Virus record (IMG/VR): IMGVR_UViG_3300025679_000008
Span: 1 to 62,587 of that record
From: a virus
Taxonomy: Duplodnaviria; Caudoviricetes
Length of the DNA: 62,587 bases
Direction: 5' to 3' (one strand)
This document shows positions 8,530 through 19,023 of this stretch, piece by piece. The notes beneath the pieces were generated by a model. It searched no databases, had not been told where the DNA came from, and saw only the letters and a program-made list of their open reading frames with translations. The stretch's first letter is position 1; every line of letters starts with the position of its first letter. A program made the position numbers and the translations under genes.

Positions 8530-9674
8530 GGCAGGATGAGCTGCTGGATCTTCCGGCCGATCGCCTCGAGTTTGATGGAGTCGATCGCGTGGCAGTGGCC
8601 GGTCAAGGCACAGGGCCCGTTCTTCGGGAAGTGGATCCCGCCTCGAGGATGGAACCCGCAGGGAGCGATCGGGCAGCCGCCGGCCTCCAGGCTCCCGCTG
8701 TTCCCATGAAGCGCGAAGACCGAAAGATAGTAGGCAGTCCGGATCTTGTAGTCGATCGGCCCGAAGAGCGCCACGCACGGCACGTTTAGCGCGCCGGCGA
8801 TGTGCATCATCGAGGAGTCCGGGGCGACGATCACATCGCAGGTCTCGGCCACGGCCGCGCTCTGGCGGAATGTGAGCTCGGCCTGGGCGCAATCATGCAG
8901 GCGCTCCCGGACCTTGACCATGACCGGCTCCGGCACGCCCTTGAAAAGGGCGCCGGTGGATCCCTCGCTTCCGAAGATCATGATCTCCCAGTCCTCCATG
9001 TAGAGCGAGTGGATGAGGCTGCTCATCTTCTGGGCGCTCATCGTCCGGTTGAAGGCGGAGGCGGCGAGCTGGATCCCGATCCTCTTCCTCGGGACGGTCT
9101 CGATCCGGCCCTCATAGCTTTGCCTGGGGTACCGCGCGGCCGCGTCGGCTCGTTCCTGGTCGGTGACCTTGTACTCGACCTTGGTGTCGCCCTTGAGATC
9201 CACGCCGAGGATCTCGGCCCGCAGGTAGATGCCGTGGGCGGTGCGGCCGCGCTCGCCCTCGTTCATGTTCTCGGTGAGGATGATCCTCGAGTACCGGCCG
9301 AAGAGTCCGTCCATGTTGAGTGGGTAGTCGACGAAGGCGTCGGGATAGTCCAGGTGCTCGTAGACGATGCGGTGGCGCCGGCGGCAGCAGACGTGAATCG
9401 TGATTCCTGGGTAGTAGCGCTTGTGCGCCCGCAGCGCGGGCCCGAGCATCATCTGATCTCCGAGGCCGCCGGGATGGATGACTAGGATGGCGTTGGCCGC
9501 GGGATCCTGGAGCTGCCGGCGGTTGATGTCGGCGAAGTAGCGGACCACCGCGGTCCCGCGATCAGCCTCGACCATGATCTCGGCCGCGTTCAAGTCGTCG
9601 ACCAGGTAGGATCCGGCCTCGAGCTTAGTACCGTCGGCGCGGTCCAGGGCGGTGCTTAGAGTTACGATGTGCAT
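8526..9674 (-). CDS. Glycosyltransferase family 9 (heptosyltransferase-like)
   Basis: GGLGDQMMLGPALRAHK...IGIQLAAS...CDVIVAPDSSMMHIAGALNVPCVALFGP. Confidence 0.9.
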   Translation of the reverse strand: MHIVTLSTALDRADGTKLEAGSYLVDDLNAAEIMVEADRGTAVVRYFADINRRQLQDPAANAILVIHPGGLGDQMMLGPALRAHKRYYPGITIHVCCRRRHRIVYEHLDYPDAFVDYPLNMDGLFGRYSRIILTENMNEGERGRTAHGIYLRAEILGVDLKGDTKVEYKVTDQERADAAARYPRQSYEGRIETVPRKRIGIQLAASAFNRTMSAQKMSSLIHSLYMEDWEIMIFGSEGSTGALFKGVPEPVMVKVRERLHDCAQAELTFRQSAAVAETCDVIVAPDSSMMHIAGALNVPCVALFGPIDYKIRTAYYLSVFALHGNSGSLEAGGCPIAPCGFHPRGGIHFPKNGPCALTGHCHAIDSIKLEAIGRKIQQLILP

Positions 9675-9904
9675 TAGCGGTTCTCGTTGGTTGGTCGGCC
9701 GCGGCCGGTGAGCTCCCTGGACTTGTAGCCGCCGGCGGCGCGCGATCGCTCCCGGTTCTTCTTCAGGTGGACAGGGCAGAAAACCTTGCTGTATCTAGCC
9801 CTGGGCATGCCGCAAACGCGGCACAGGCCGTCCCGTAGACGCCGCTTCTGGTGCCGAAGCGCGCGGTCCTCGATATGGGTAAACTCGTCCAGGATCTTCT
9901 TCAC
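9674..9904 (-). CDS. Small Zn-finger protein
   Basis: GLCRVCG...FCPVH, basic. Confidence 0.7.
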   Translation of the reverse strand: MKKILDEFTHIEDRALRHQKRRLRDGLCRVCGMPRARYSKVFCPVHLKKNRERSRAAGGYKSRELTGRGRPTNENR

Positions 9905-9993
9905 TACCTCGTGTAAGCATAATTATATCGAGCGTGGCGAGAGAAATATACAGACTTGCATTAGCGGGTTCGATTTGCTCTTAGGATGTATCC

Positions 9994-11151
9994 ATGCCTC
10001 CCGTAGAACCTGCGCAGGCCCCGGCCGCGCGATCTGAAGTCACACCTGATACACTCGCGGCCGACGCCGCCGGCTCCGCCCCCAAGGACCTGAATGCCCT
10101 CCTCGCCCACGATCCCAGGGGCAAGAAACTAACGGACCGAGGCGTCCTGGTCCCCGCTGTCCAGCCCGTACCGGGCGCGCCGGCGGCGCCCGCAGTGGCC
10201 CCCGTTGCCCCGGTTGTTCCGGCAGCCGTGGCGCCCGTCGTGCCGCCCCCCGCGGCCGTAGTCCCGCCTGCCGTTGCCCCGGTTGTTCCGCCGGTCGAAG
10301 GCGAAGGGGATTTGACGTTTACGAAAAACTGGCGGTTAGAGGCCAGTGACGCGAAGGACGCGCTATTTCTCTTGCTCAAGAAACAGGGCAAGACCACACA
10401 GGAGGCATACGCTGAGGTTTACGGCACGGCCAGTGCGCCTGCCGCGGCCCCAGCCGCAGAGCCGGTAAGAGGCGAGGCACCGCCCGCCCCGAATACGGCA
10501 GACATCGACGCCAAGATAACCGCGGCCGAGACAGCGCTCACAACGCTGGCCGGTCAGATTACCACGGCGCTCGACAAGGAGGCAGACACAAAGACCGCGT
10601 TCAACCTGAAGGACCAGCAGCTCGAGAAACGTCTCGAGCTCGAGAAGTTGAGGGGCGAGCGCGCGGCCATAGTCTCGCAGGCTGAAGCAGCAGTCGTCGA
10701 TGCGAGGGTGGCGAAATACCAGACAGCCAGGATTGCGAATACCACGAGAGCGTCAGAGGCCTTCCCGGCCCTGGCGGTCCAGACCAGTCCTGAAAGGGCG
10801 TTGTTCAACCAACGTGTCGAGCAGTTGAGGGGGGATGCGGAGAGATCCGCGATCTTCAACTCACCTGATTGGCCGTGGGCGATCGCGGCCCAGCTGGCTG
10901 TAGAGCATGGGTGGACCAAGGCAGCTCCGGGCGCACGCCCGCCGGCGGCCGCGGCTCCCCCGGCTGCACCCGCACCTCCAGCGCCAGCTCCCGCCCGGGC
11001 AACCGCGGCAGAGCTGATTACGCCAGGGGCCGCAGGCGCTCCATCCTTTGTGCCTACTTTGGATTCGCTCAGGGCCGATGCAGATTTGGCGGACCCCAAG
11101 GTCCTCAACAAGCTGCTCGCCGGGCCGACTCCGAGGATAGCGCGAAGGTAA
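9994..11151 (+). CDS. Capsid scaffolding protein
   Basis: Pro/Ala-rich plus coiled-coil, directly upstream of the major capsid gene. Confidence 0.7.
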   Translation: MPPVEPAQAPAARSEVTPDTLAADAAGSAPKDLNALLAHDPRGKKLTDRGVLVPAVQPVPGAPAAPAVAPVAPVVPAAVAPVVPPPAAVVPPAVAPVVPPVEGEGDLTFTKNWRLEASDAKDALFLLLKKQGKTTQEAYAEVYGTASAPAAAPAAEPVRGEAPPAPNTADIDAKITAAETALTTLAGQITTALDKEADTKTAFNLKDQQLEKRLELEKLRGERAAIVSQAEAAVVDARVAKYQTARIANTTRASEAFPALAVQTSPERALFNQRVEQLRGDAERSAIFNSPDWPWAIAAQLAVEHGWTKAAPGARPPAAAAPPAAPAPPAPAPARATAAELITPGAAGAPSFVPTLDSLRADADLADPKVLNKLLAGPTPRIARR

Positions 11152-11193
11152 CCGCAACCCTCCAGTTCCAGGGGCCGTAAGGCCCTACCTTCG

Positions 11194-12675
11194 ATGTCAA
11201 CCAATAGCTCCCTCCTGAGCAATGCCGTCCTCTACGCCACGCTCGTTGCCAACAACAGCGACATGCGCGCAGTGGTCTGGAACGCCCAGGTTATCCAAAC
11301 GCAGCGCCTCAAGTCCAAGTGGCGCCACTTCGCCGGCGGTGAAATGTCCGGCATGCCCATCACCAAGAAGTCCGACCTGTCGGCCGGTATGGCGCAAGAC
11401 GTCGTCTTCACCACGATCGCCCCGATGCTCGGCCAGGGTGTGCTCGGTGAAACCCTCCTGCGGACGGCCACGCAGCAACTCAACTTCAACACGTTCCGGG
11501 TCCGCGTCGACGTGCTGCGCCAGGCCTTCGCCTACACGCAGCTCCTCCCGCTGCTCCGGCTCTCCGGCAAGACGATCGACCAGGTCGGCGCCGATCTGAC
11601 GTCCGACTGGTGGAACAACAAGTACGACGACGATATCACGATGACGTTGCGGGAATACTGCCGGCTGACGGCGCCCACGACGAACCTCTACCGTATCGGC
11701 GGCGCGACCACCACGAACGGCCTCCTCTCGGCGAACACCTGCACGCCGGGTATCATCGAGCAGTCCAAGGCGCTCCTGCAGGCCCTCGGTGCGCAGCCGA
11801 TGGCCGAGGACGTTGCGGAGAGCTCGGGCGCCACGACGGCCCGGTACCTGTTCAACACGACCGATACGTTCATCCGTCCCCTCCGGACGAATGCCACGTA
11901 CCTGGCGTCCCTCCAGCAGGGCGACATCCGGGGCAAGGACAACGCGCTCTTCACCGGCCAGTACAAGATGTGGGACGACAATGTCATCTATCCCGACATC
12001 ATCCGGACCAACGACGGAGACGGCCGCCAGGGCAGCCCTCTCATGCCGATCGCCTACCTGGGCACGGCCATCACCGACCAGACCACGACGCTGATCACCG
12101 GCGGCGGCCTTGCCTACCCGGCGGGCGGAGGGGATTACTTCGCGTACTTCCCCGGCTTCCAGTGGTTCGTGACCACGGCGCAGGCGCTCCCGGCCGACGC
12201 GGGCACCTACTACGCCATGATCTACAACGTCAGCGGCCCGGACGCCGGCAAGTACGAGATCGTGTCGTATGTCCAGGGCGGCATGGTGGCCGCGGGCAAC
12301 CAGCTCACGGTGACCCGCACGGGCACGAGCGACGGCGCGGGCAACGCGGCGGCACTCACCGCCGGCCGCTACTCGGGGAATCACCCCTCGGGTTCGGTCA
12401 TCGTTCCCTGCACCAACTGGGGCGTTCCCTACGGATGGTCCCTGCACATGGGCGCGGAGGCGTTGTTCTACGCCACCGGTTCGCTCGATGCGCAGCCGAT
12501 CTTCCAGGGGGACGACTTCCACGACTCGGCCGGCAACTACATGTTCGAGGGCCGGGGCATCATGGGCATCCGCGGGATGTCCGTGTTCGTGGACAAGCGC
12601 AACATCGGCAAGAACGTGACGATGGTGGAAGGTGCGCTCTCGCCGCATCCGCTCGTCTCGCCGCTGCCGCACTAA
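11194..12675 (+). CDS. Major capsid protein, N4 gp56-like
   Basis: PITKKSDLSAGMAQDVVF...GQGVLGE...FRVRVDVLRQA and LQQGDIRGKDNALFTG resemble N4-gp56/DUF4043 capsids; strongest codon bias in the window. Confidence 0.82.
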   Translation: MSTNSSLLSNAVLYATLVANNSDMRAVVWNAQVIQTQRLKSKWRHFAGGEMSGMPITKKSDLSAGMAQDVVFTTIAPMLGQGVLGETLLRTATQQLNFNTFRVRVDVLRQAFAYTQLLPLLRLSGKTIDQVGADLTSDWWNNKYDDDITMTLREYCRLTAPTTNLYRIGGATTTNGLLSANTCTPGIIEQSKALLQALGAQPMAEDVAESSGATTARYLFNTTDTFIRPLRTNATYLASLQQGDIRGKDNALFTGQYKMWDDNVIYPDIIRTNDGDGRQGSPLMPIAYLGTAITDQTTTLITGGGLAYPAGGGDYFAYFPGFQWFVTTAQALPADAGTYYAMIYNVSGPDAGKYEIVSYVQGGMVAAGNQLTVTRTGTSDGAGNAAALTAGRYSGNHPSGSVIVPCTNWGVPYGWSLHMGAEALFYATGSLDAQPIFQGDDFHDSAGNYMFEGRGIMGIRGMSVFVDKRNIGKNVTMVEGALSPHPLVSPLPH

Positions 12676-12702
12676 GCGCCGGCGCGAAATAGGTTAGACT
12701 CC

Positions 12703-12742
12703 GGGCGGGCAAGTGGTACAGATCACTTGCCCGCCCCTTTTT
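12703..12742 (+). terminator. Intrinsic terminator-like hairpin after the capsid gene
   Basis: GGGCGGGCAAGTG-N8-CACTTGCCCGCCC followed by CTTTTT. Confidence 0.75.
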
Positions 12743-13462
12743 ATGGCCATCCTAATCAAGATCCTGAATGAGTCCCGCGAGGGCATGTCCCACAGGGACA
12801 TGGGAGGTATCTCCGGTATCAACTACCGATTCGACTGGAGCACGGCGCACGGGTCCTGGGTGTACGAGGCGAAGACCCAGGTTGAGATCGACGACATCAT
12901 CCAGGTCAACTTCCTGCCGAAGTTCCCCTGGCGGTTCTCCTTCATCATGCCGGACGGTGCGGCTCCTGGCGCCCCGAGCTCGAGCGAGCCTGGCGCGGAG
13001 GCCTACCGGCCGCTGCCGAACATCGCGCCCTGGGTGGCGCCGTCCAGGTACGCCAGCTATCCGGCGATCGACCTCCTCGACCTGGCCCGCAACTGCGGCT
13101 TCACGCCCCAGGGCAGTCACACGGACACCCTCAATCTCCGGATGCAGCTCGACGCCTACATGGTCGGCCGGGCCTTCGCGCTCGAGGAGAGCAAGCGCCT
13201 GAGGCGCGAGAACGAGGATCTGGTCAAGCGCTTCGAGGGGAAGCCGGAGATCGCGCCGGCGCCGGCCCTGGTGGTCACCGGATCATCGGTCACCGCGGAC
13301 ATCGTCTCGATCAGTGAGAACCTGAATGAGGTTCGCGGCGGAGATCCGGATGTGCGCACCGAAACGCCGCTCCCCGCGGCGCCGCGGGCCAAGTCCGGGC
13401 GTAAGCCCAAGGCCGCGCCGTCCCCGCAGGTCAGGAAACCGCGGAGGCTGCAACTCGCCTAG
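12743..13462 (+). CDS. Hypothetical head-associated protein
   Basis: ATG directly after the hairpin; position after the capsid gene. Confidence 0.65.
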   Translation: MAILIKILNESREGMSHRDMGGISGINYRFDWSTAHGSWVYEAKTQVEIDDIIQVNFLPKFPWRFSFIMPDGAAPGAPSSSEPGAEAYRPLPNIAPWVAPSRYASYPAIDLLDLARNCGFTPQGSHTDTLNLRMQLDAYMVGRAFALEESKRLRRENEDLVKRFEGKPEIAPAPALVVTGSSVTADIVSISENLNEVRGGDPDVRTETPLPAAPRAKSGRKPKAAPSPQVRKPRRLQLA

Positions 13463-13465
13463 CGT

Positions 13466-14476
13466 ATGGCGAACGGCGACTTCGGTTGGCTCCAGCTGCA
13501 GCTCGCCTTCATGGCGGGGCGCAACGCCGTTGCGGAGCTGGACAATAATCCGAACGTCCCGAGCGACTCGCTCCTCGCCGCGCAGTGCGTGAACGAGGCG
13601 TACCTCGACTGCTACTTCCCTCAGCCTTGGTCGGGCAACCCGGACCCGAAGCGGCCGGCCTGGGCGCTCCGGACCTTTTCGATAGTCCTTCAGGCTCCGG
13701 TCACGATCGCCGGCGTCGGCGTAACCCAGGGATCCAACCTGGTGACCGGCGGCTTCACCGATGCGCAGATCGGTAGCATGGTCTCGCTCGGCTCGAGCTG
13801 GTACACCTATGCCGGCGCCGACACCACGGGCGCCAAGCGCTTCGTGGAGAACGTCGTCGAGTCGACGGGATCCTACGCTGTCACGCTCTACAACAACGCC
13901 ACGCCGATATCCCAGGCGATCGGTGAAGTCCAGGCGGCGCCTACCCTTCTCGGCTTCGGGGAGTTGATGCCCATGAACGGGCGGGCCGAGGAGATGCGCT
14001 GGAAGTCGATTCTCTACGGGGACTTCGCACCGGCCGCCGGCGGTGGCTCGATGGCCGGCGGATCCGTGTGGCCCGGCGGAATCAACTATCCGGTCGGGAC
14101 CCCTGAGTTCTACCGCATCGAGAACGCGCCTTTCATCCCGCAGCCCAACCCGTTGGGCCCCACGCCGACGCCGGCGCTCCGGTCCCTCTTTATCGTCGAG
14201 CCGATGCCGGACCGGGTCTACAATGTCCAGGTCTCGGGCTACGTGATCCCGGTCGAGCTGTCGCTATCCGCCGACCGGCCGATCCTGCCCGGAGATCTCT
14301 GCACTCGAGTCCTTCTTCCGCTCTGCCGGGAGAAGTGGGCGACGATCTACAAGAAGTACACCGGCACGAACCTTCAGGGCCTCATCCATAGCGCCGACGG
14401 CGCGCGCTCCATCCTCGAGCGACTGGGCTCGGGCCAGCGCGACCAGCCGGTGCGCATGACAAACCGGCGGTGCTAG
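13466..14476 (+). CDS. Putative head-tail adaptor
   Basis: CVNEAYLD at the N-terminus; GTPEFY...VEPMPDRVYNVQV...LSADRPILP pattern typical of podoviral adaptors. Confidence 0.6.
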   Translation: MANGDFGWLQLQLAFMAGRNAVAELDNNPNVPSDSLLAAQCVNEAYLDCYFPQPWSGNPDPKRPAWALRTFSIVLQAPVTIAGVGVTQGSNLVTGGFTDAQIGSMVSLGSSWYTYAGADTTGAKRFVENVVESTGSYAVTLYNNATPISQAIGEVQAAPTLLGFGELMPMNGRAEEMRWKSILYGDFAPAAGGGSMAGGSVWPGGINYPVGTPEFYRIENAPFIPQPNPLGPTPTPALRSLFIVEPMPDRVYNVQVSGYVIPVELSLSADRPILPGDLCTRVLLPLCREKWATIYKKYTGTNLQGLIHSADGARSILERLGSGQRDQPVRMTNRRC

Positions 14477-14480
14477 TCCC

Positions 14481-17138
14481 ATGCCGGCGATAACCGTATA
14501 CACGGATCCGACAAAGCCTGGTATCTGCAAGGTGCCGGTCTTCAGTGTTGGCGATAGCCAGGCCTGGACGTTCCAATTCAACAACGGGAGCGCGCTCTAC
14601 GATCCGAACGCCGGCAGCGCCGGCGCCGTGTCGGTGGTGCTCGGGTACAAGAACGGCCTGGAGAATATCAACTACCCTTCGGCGTTCCAGTGGGTCGACC
14701 GGTTCAACAACCGGCACATCGGATCCTTTGCCCTGGCCGCTGGGGTCCCTGGATCCCTGGCCTTCGATGAACCTCCCCTGGGCGGGATCTTGGGCAGCAA
14801 CGGCGCCTGGATGTTGGGCGGCGAGGCACCATCCATAGACCAGCGGCTGTCTTCGTATCGCAAGATCTACGCGGATATCGGTGGCGCTGGATATCAATCC
14901 CCACCGGCAATCGGATTCGCTGGATCAGGGACCCTTGCGGCCGCCACGGCAGTTCTCACCGGTCGGGACGGTGGAGTCCAGGCGGTGAATGTCACAACTC
15001 CGGGCACTGGCTATACCAGCGCACCGGCGGTAGGGTTCTCGGGCGGCGGTGGATCCGGAGCTGCAGGTACGGCCATCATCGCCGAGGGCGGCGTGGTCTT
15101 CGTTGTGATCACGAACCCGGGATCAGGCTACACCAGCGCGCCTGCGGTGGCGTTCACCGGCGGCGGCGGGTCTTCGGCCGCGGGAAGTTCCGCGTTGTTC
15201 ACCAATCAGATCATGGGCGCGGCCCTGAGTAACTTTGGCTCGGGATACACTTCAACGCCCGTCGTCAGCCTTTCCGGCGGCGGTGGATCTGGCGGCGTGG
15301 TGGAGGCGCAGATTCAAAACGGATCCGTGGTCGGCGTCGTCGTTGTAAACCCTGGCACCGGGTACAATGCCGGCGCCACCTATCAGCTGGCTTTCAGCGG
15401 CGGTGGTGGATCCGGAGCCGATGCCACGGTCCTGGCGCACATCACAACGGATACGAATCCGGGCACCTTGGGTGCCGTCACCCTGATAAGTGGCGGAGCT
15501 GGGTACACGTCGGCGCCTACGGTGACCGTGGTAGCGGTCGGTGGATCCGGAGCGGCCGCGTCCCTGATCATCTCCGGCGGAGCCATCGTCGGCGCCACCG
15601 TCACGAATCCCGGCAGCGGGTACACGAACCCCCCGCTCACCGTGGTCACCGGCGGCGGCGGATCCGGCGGCGCAATTCACGCGGTAGTGTCCGGAGGCGT
15701 AGTTGCAGCCATCATCGTCGACGTTCCCGGCAGCGGGTACGGAGCTCCGACTGTCGCCTTCACCAATTCGTTGGGCACGGGAGGCACCCTCGCTGCCGTG
15801 ATGCCTTACGCCGGCGTCGGCGGGATCAATTCGATAACCAAGGTCAGCGGCGGGGCTGGGTACACCGCGCCTCCGACGGTTACCTTGGTCGGTGGAGATG
15901 GTACCGGGGCAACCGCCGTGGCCACCTGGGTAGCCGTCGGAAGCACGCCGGTAGTCTCTTTCGTCGTCACGAACCCGGGCACTGGGTACACGATTCCTCC
16001 GGCCGTGGTGATCTCAGGGGCCTCCGGATCCGGGGCGGCGGGGACCGCCATCGTGACCTCGGCAGGGATTCAATCCCTCGTGGTTGTCGCCGGCGGATCC
16101 GGGTACGAGGTCAACGCGCTGCTCCCCCTGGTCTTCAGCGGATCTAATCTTTCGCCTGCCACCGGCTACGCCACAACCGATAGCACGGGCCGCGTCATCT
16201 CGGCTACACTGACCGGGCCCGGGATCTACGGCGGCCCGGGCCTTCCCACGATAACCGTGTCCACAGGTAGCGGCACGGGCGCCTCGGTGGTGGCTTCGTG
16301 GATGCCTGGGCTTGGAGTCTCCTTGTCGATCTCAGCGCTTACTCTGGTGAGTGGAGGCTCTGGATATCCGGCAGGAGTGTCTGGATTCCCGATCAACTTT
16401 GTCGGGCCCTCCATCACCCCGGCCCAGGCCACGATCGACACCAATGGAAGCGGTGTGATCACGTCGGTATCCCTGACGGTTCCCGGGCTATACACGCAAC
16501 TACCGACGATATTCATCCCCTACTTTGGCTCGGGCGCTGTGATTCAGATCCAAGGACCGCAGCCGATTACGCCTTTGGGATCAGTATCATCCCTGACCGT
16601 GATAAATCCCGGCACAGGATATACCTCCGCTCCTTCGCTCACGTTCACTAGAGGAGGAGGCGCCAACGCTGCGGGTTCGGTATCAGCCACGTCCACGACG
16701 ATCTCTTCAGTAACCATCCAATCGGCTGGCGATTCATATCAGGCGGCCATCGATATATCTCTCACCCCGAATTATAATTCCGTCCTCAGCCCAGCCGGCA
16801 TGCTCACGTATGACGTGCCGTTCCTGAAGAACCCGATCACCCTCGAGGTCCTGAAGTCGGTGACGGCAACGCCGGCGACGAATGAGAGGACGATCTTTGG
16901 GGGCACGTCGTCGATATACGACAACTCGCTTTTGATAATCCGGCCGAAGGTCCTGGTTCAACCGTCCCTCACCCTGCAGCCCGACAATGTCACCTATGCG
17001 GCAACCTTCAACCCGGTCACGCCTTTCGTCCTGGCATGCCTCAGGTTCCGTAGGAGTATGACGATGGATCTCCTGATCTACGGAGGAGGGAGGCTCCTCT
17101 TCAGCGGCTCGCTCACGGTCTACAACATCATCCAGTAA
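14481..17138 (+). CDS. Virion fibre/baseplate-like protein with (N/T)PG(S/T)GYTSAP repeats
   Basis: More than 12 repeats of VxxxGSGYTxxPxV...GGGGSGA. Confidence 0.8.
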   Translation: MPAITVYTDPTKPGICKVPVFSVGDSQAWTFQFNNGSALYDPNAGSAGAVSVVLGYKNGLENINYPSAFQWVDRFNNRHIGSFALAAGVPGSLAFDEPPLGGILGSNGAWMLGGEAPSIDQRLSSYRKIYADIGGAGYQSPPAIGFAGSGTLAAATAVLTGRDGGVQAVNVTTPGTGYTSAPAVGFSGGGGSGAAGTAIIAEGGVVFVVITNPGSGYTSAPAVAFTGGGGSSAAGSSALFTNQIMGAALSNFGSGYTSTPVVSLSGGGGSGGVVEAQIQNGSVVGVVVVNPGTGYNAGATYQLAFSGGGGSGADATVLAHITTDTNPGTLGAVTLISGGAGYTSAPTVTVVAVGGSGAAASLIISGGAIVGATVTNPGSGYTNPPLTVVTGGGGSGGAIHAVVSGGVVAAIIVDVPGSGYGAPTVAFTNSLGTGGTLAAVMPYAGVGGINSITKVSGGAGYTAPPTVTLVGGDGTGATAVATWVAVGSTPVVSFVVTNPGTGYTIPPAVVISGASGSGAAGTAIVTSAGIQSLVVVAGGSGYEVNALLPLVFSGSNLSPATGYATTDSTGRVISATLTGPGIYGGPGLPTITVSTGSGTGASVVASWMPGLGVSLSISALTLVSGGSGYPAGVSGFPINFVGPSITPAQATIDTNGSGVITSVSLTVPGLYTQLPTIFIPYFGSGAVIQIQGPQPITPLGSVSSLTVINPGTGYTSAPSLTFTRGGGANAAGSVSATSTTISSVTIQSAGDSYQAAIDISLTPNYNSVLSPAGMLTYDVPFLKNPITLEVLKSVTATPATNERTIFGGTSSIYDNSLLIIRPKVLVQPSLTLQPDNVTYAATFNPVTPFVLACLRFRRSMTMDLLIYGGGRLLFSGSLTVYNIIQ

Positions 17139-17800
17139 TGTCCTTCGTGCTAACCGACCTCGAGGAGATCGGCAGCGCCGAGGCCGGCCTCGGCGTGCGG
17201 CCTGCCATCCAGACCGCCGGAGGCGCCACCAACCTGGTCTTCAAGCGCCGCTTCAGGGTCAACGCCAACACCTACCAGAATTATCTCTTCCCGGTCCTGA
17301 ACCTGCCGAACGCCGCGGCGTACATCCAGGACAAGAAGTATAACGCTCTCGCGGGCCTGACGCCGGCGTACCTGGTGGGCCAGGATGTCGAACCGTTCAA
17401 CGAGGTCGACGTCGCCCTGGTGTGCGAGTTCGCGATGGTTCCGTCCTCCTGGAACGAGTACAACAACATGACGGTCAGCTTCCCTGGCGTGGCCCAGAGC
17501 AGCCTGTATGCCCCCGACGAGGCCCTCTTCCGCAGCTCGAATCTAACCGAGCGAACGCAGATCAGGATCTACCATCAATACTTCCTGGGCCAGCCGACCG
17601 GGATCCCGACCTACGATCTCTTCAACCCTGTCGATCAGTTCGGGAACCGGACCAACGTGATCGACGACAATTCGGATCCCAGCGCGGACGAGTACATTTC
17701 GATGATCAACGGCCGCCAGGAGATCGTTAAGGACTCCCCGGTCATCCCGTGGAAGGGCGATATCTGGGAGGTGCGAACGGTGTTCGCGCTGGCACAATGA
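17138..17800 (+). CDS. Hypothetical virion protein
   Basis: TAATG-coupled in the structural operon. Confidence 0.75.
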   Translation: MSFVLTDLEEIGSAEAGLGVRPAIQTAGGATNLVFKRRFRVNANTYQNYLFPVLNLPNAAAYIQDKKYNALAGLTPAYLVGQDVEPFNEVDVALVCEFAMVPSSWNEYNNMTVSFPGVAQSSLYAPDEALFRSSNLTERTQIRIYHQYFLGQPTGIPTYDLFNPVDQFGNRTNVIDDNSDPSADEYISMINGRQEIVKDSPVIPWKGDIWEVRTVFALAQ

Positions 17801-18000
17801 GCGACGACGACGCCAATAGGATCAAGGCCCTCGAGGACCGCCTGGCCAAGGCGGAGAAGAAGCTCGAGGAGCACGCGGCCAAGATCCTGCCCTGGAGCCA
17901 TGTCCAATTCTCTGCCGAATCCGGGGGAGGAGACGTGCAAATGGGCGTGGACAACGTGATCCTTAGGCCCTTCAGCTCCACCCCGGCGGGAAGCCGATAG
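17797..18000 (+). CDS. Small coiled-coil protein
   Basis: ATGA overlap; RIKALEDRLAKAEKKLEE. Confidence 0.65.
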   Translation: MSDDDANRIKALEDRLAKAEKKLEEHAAKILPWSHVQFSAESGGGDVQMGVDNVILRPFSSTPAGSR

Positions 18001-18001
18001 C

Positions 18002-18664
18002 ATGCCACGCAAGAAATCACCACTCGAGTCCTTCCACATCCGACGCTTCACCGGCATCGAGACGAAGGTGGGCGCCATCGAGCAGCAGCTCGGGACGCTG
18101 CGCCGGGCGGACGCCACGAACGCCGTGCCGCTGGGCGAGATCTCCTTCGGCCCCAACTGGCAGTCGGCCTTCGGCCTCTCCAACCTGGCTACCCAGATCA
18201 CGGCCGCGCTGTCCGGGGCCGACGTAACCAAGGTTCACTTCGTCACCGTCGCCGGCGGCGGGTCGACCTTCCTGGTAGCCTGGGACCTGGCCAACGCCCG
18301 GCCGCAGGGGATCTGGAATGTCACCGGCAACGGCAGCCCATTCGCCGTGGCTCCTACGGTAAGCACGGTCGCGCCTCAATCCTCCAACCACACGGAGAAG
18401 ATCACCTTCACCGGCGGAGCAGTACCCAGGTCGGTGACGATCATCGACCTGGCGCGAAGCACCGGCGATCGCTGCGTCATCGACTGCATCCTGCCGGCGG
18501 TGGCGGGGATCGCGATCAGCTTCTTCGATAACGCGGCCTACACGGCCGCCGGCGCCGCGCTCGCTGTCTTCACCACGGATGGGAGCGCACTGTCCGCAAC
18601 GCTCGAGTTCGTCTTCAACAGCGCCGGAGCCTGGGAATACCTCGAGGCGCAGGCGCCCTCCTAA
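18002..18664 (+). CDS. Virion protein: nozzle-like N-terminus fused to a domain paralogous to the next gene
   Basis: IRRFTGIET N-terminus; C-terminal half aligns with 18667-19023. Confidence 0.7.
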   Translation: MPRKKSPLESFHIRRFTGIETKVGAIEQQLGTLRRADATNAVPLGEISFGPNWQSAFGLSNLATQITAALSGADVTKVHFVTVAGGGSTFLVAWDLANARPQGIWNVTGNGSPFAVAPTVSTVAPQSSNHTEKITFTGGAVPRSVTIIDLARSTGDRCVIDCILPAVAGIAISFFDNAAYTAAGAALAVFTTDGSALSATLEFVFNSAGAWEYLEAQAPS

Positions 18665-18666
18665 CC

Positions 18667-19023
18667 ATGCCCCTTCCTTCAAATAGCTACCACAGCTCCA
18701 CGTTCTCGGCCGCCGGCACCCTGACCGTGACGCCCCCGGGCGAGAACCACGTCGAGCGCATCTCCTTCGCCGGCGCGGCCGCGGGCGCCTACAACATCGC
18801 CCTGGCGATCGACGGCCTGCACTTCCCTGGTGACCGCATTGTCCTGGCTATGACCTGGCCGATCATGACCGCGGGCATCGCAATCAGCATCTACTCGGGC
18901 ACAGTGACGGGATCTCCGATCGCCACGTTCACCCCGGACGGCGTCAACCTCACCGGCGCCTTCGAGTTCGTCTACAACAGCTCCTTCGCCTGGGAGTACC
19001 AGCGCTCCAAGGTTCCCGCCTAA
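18667..19023 (+). CDS. Small beta-rich virion protein
   Basis: NHVERISF...GDRIV...AGIAISIY...FTPDG...FEFVYNS..AWEY. Confidence 0.75.
   Translation: MPLPSNSYHSSTFSAAGTLTVTPPGENHVERISFAGAAAGAYNIALAIDGLHFPGDRIVLAMTWPIMTAGIAISIYSGTVTGSPIATFTPDGVNLTGAFEFVYNSSFAWEYQRSKVPA

Noticed and set aside
11197-12672. 491-aa antisense ORF over the capsid gene, and similar long shadows (34603-35901, 55396-56505, 54083-55444)
   Set aside because: Expected shadow ORFs from strong GC3 bias; sequences not protein-like
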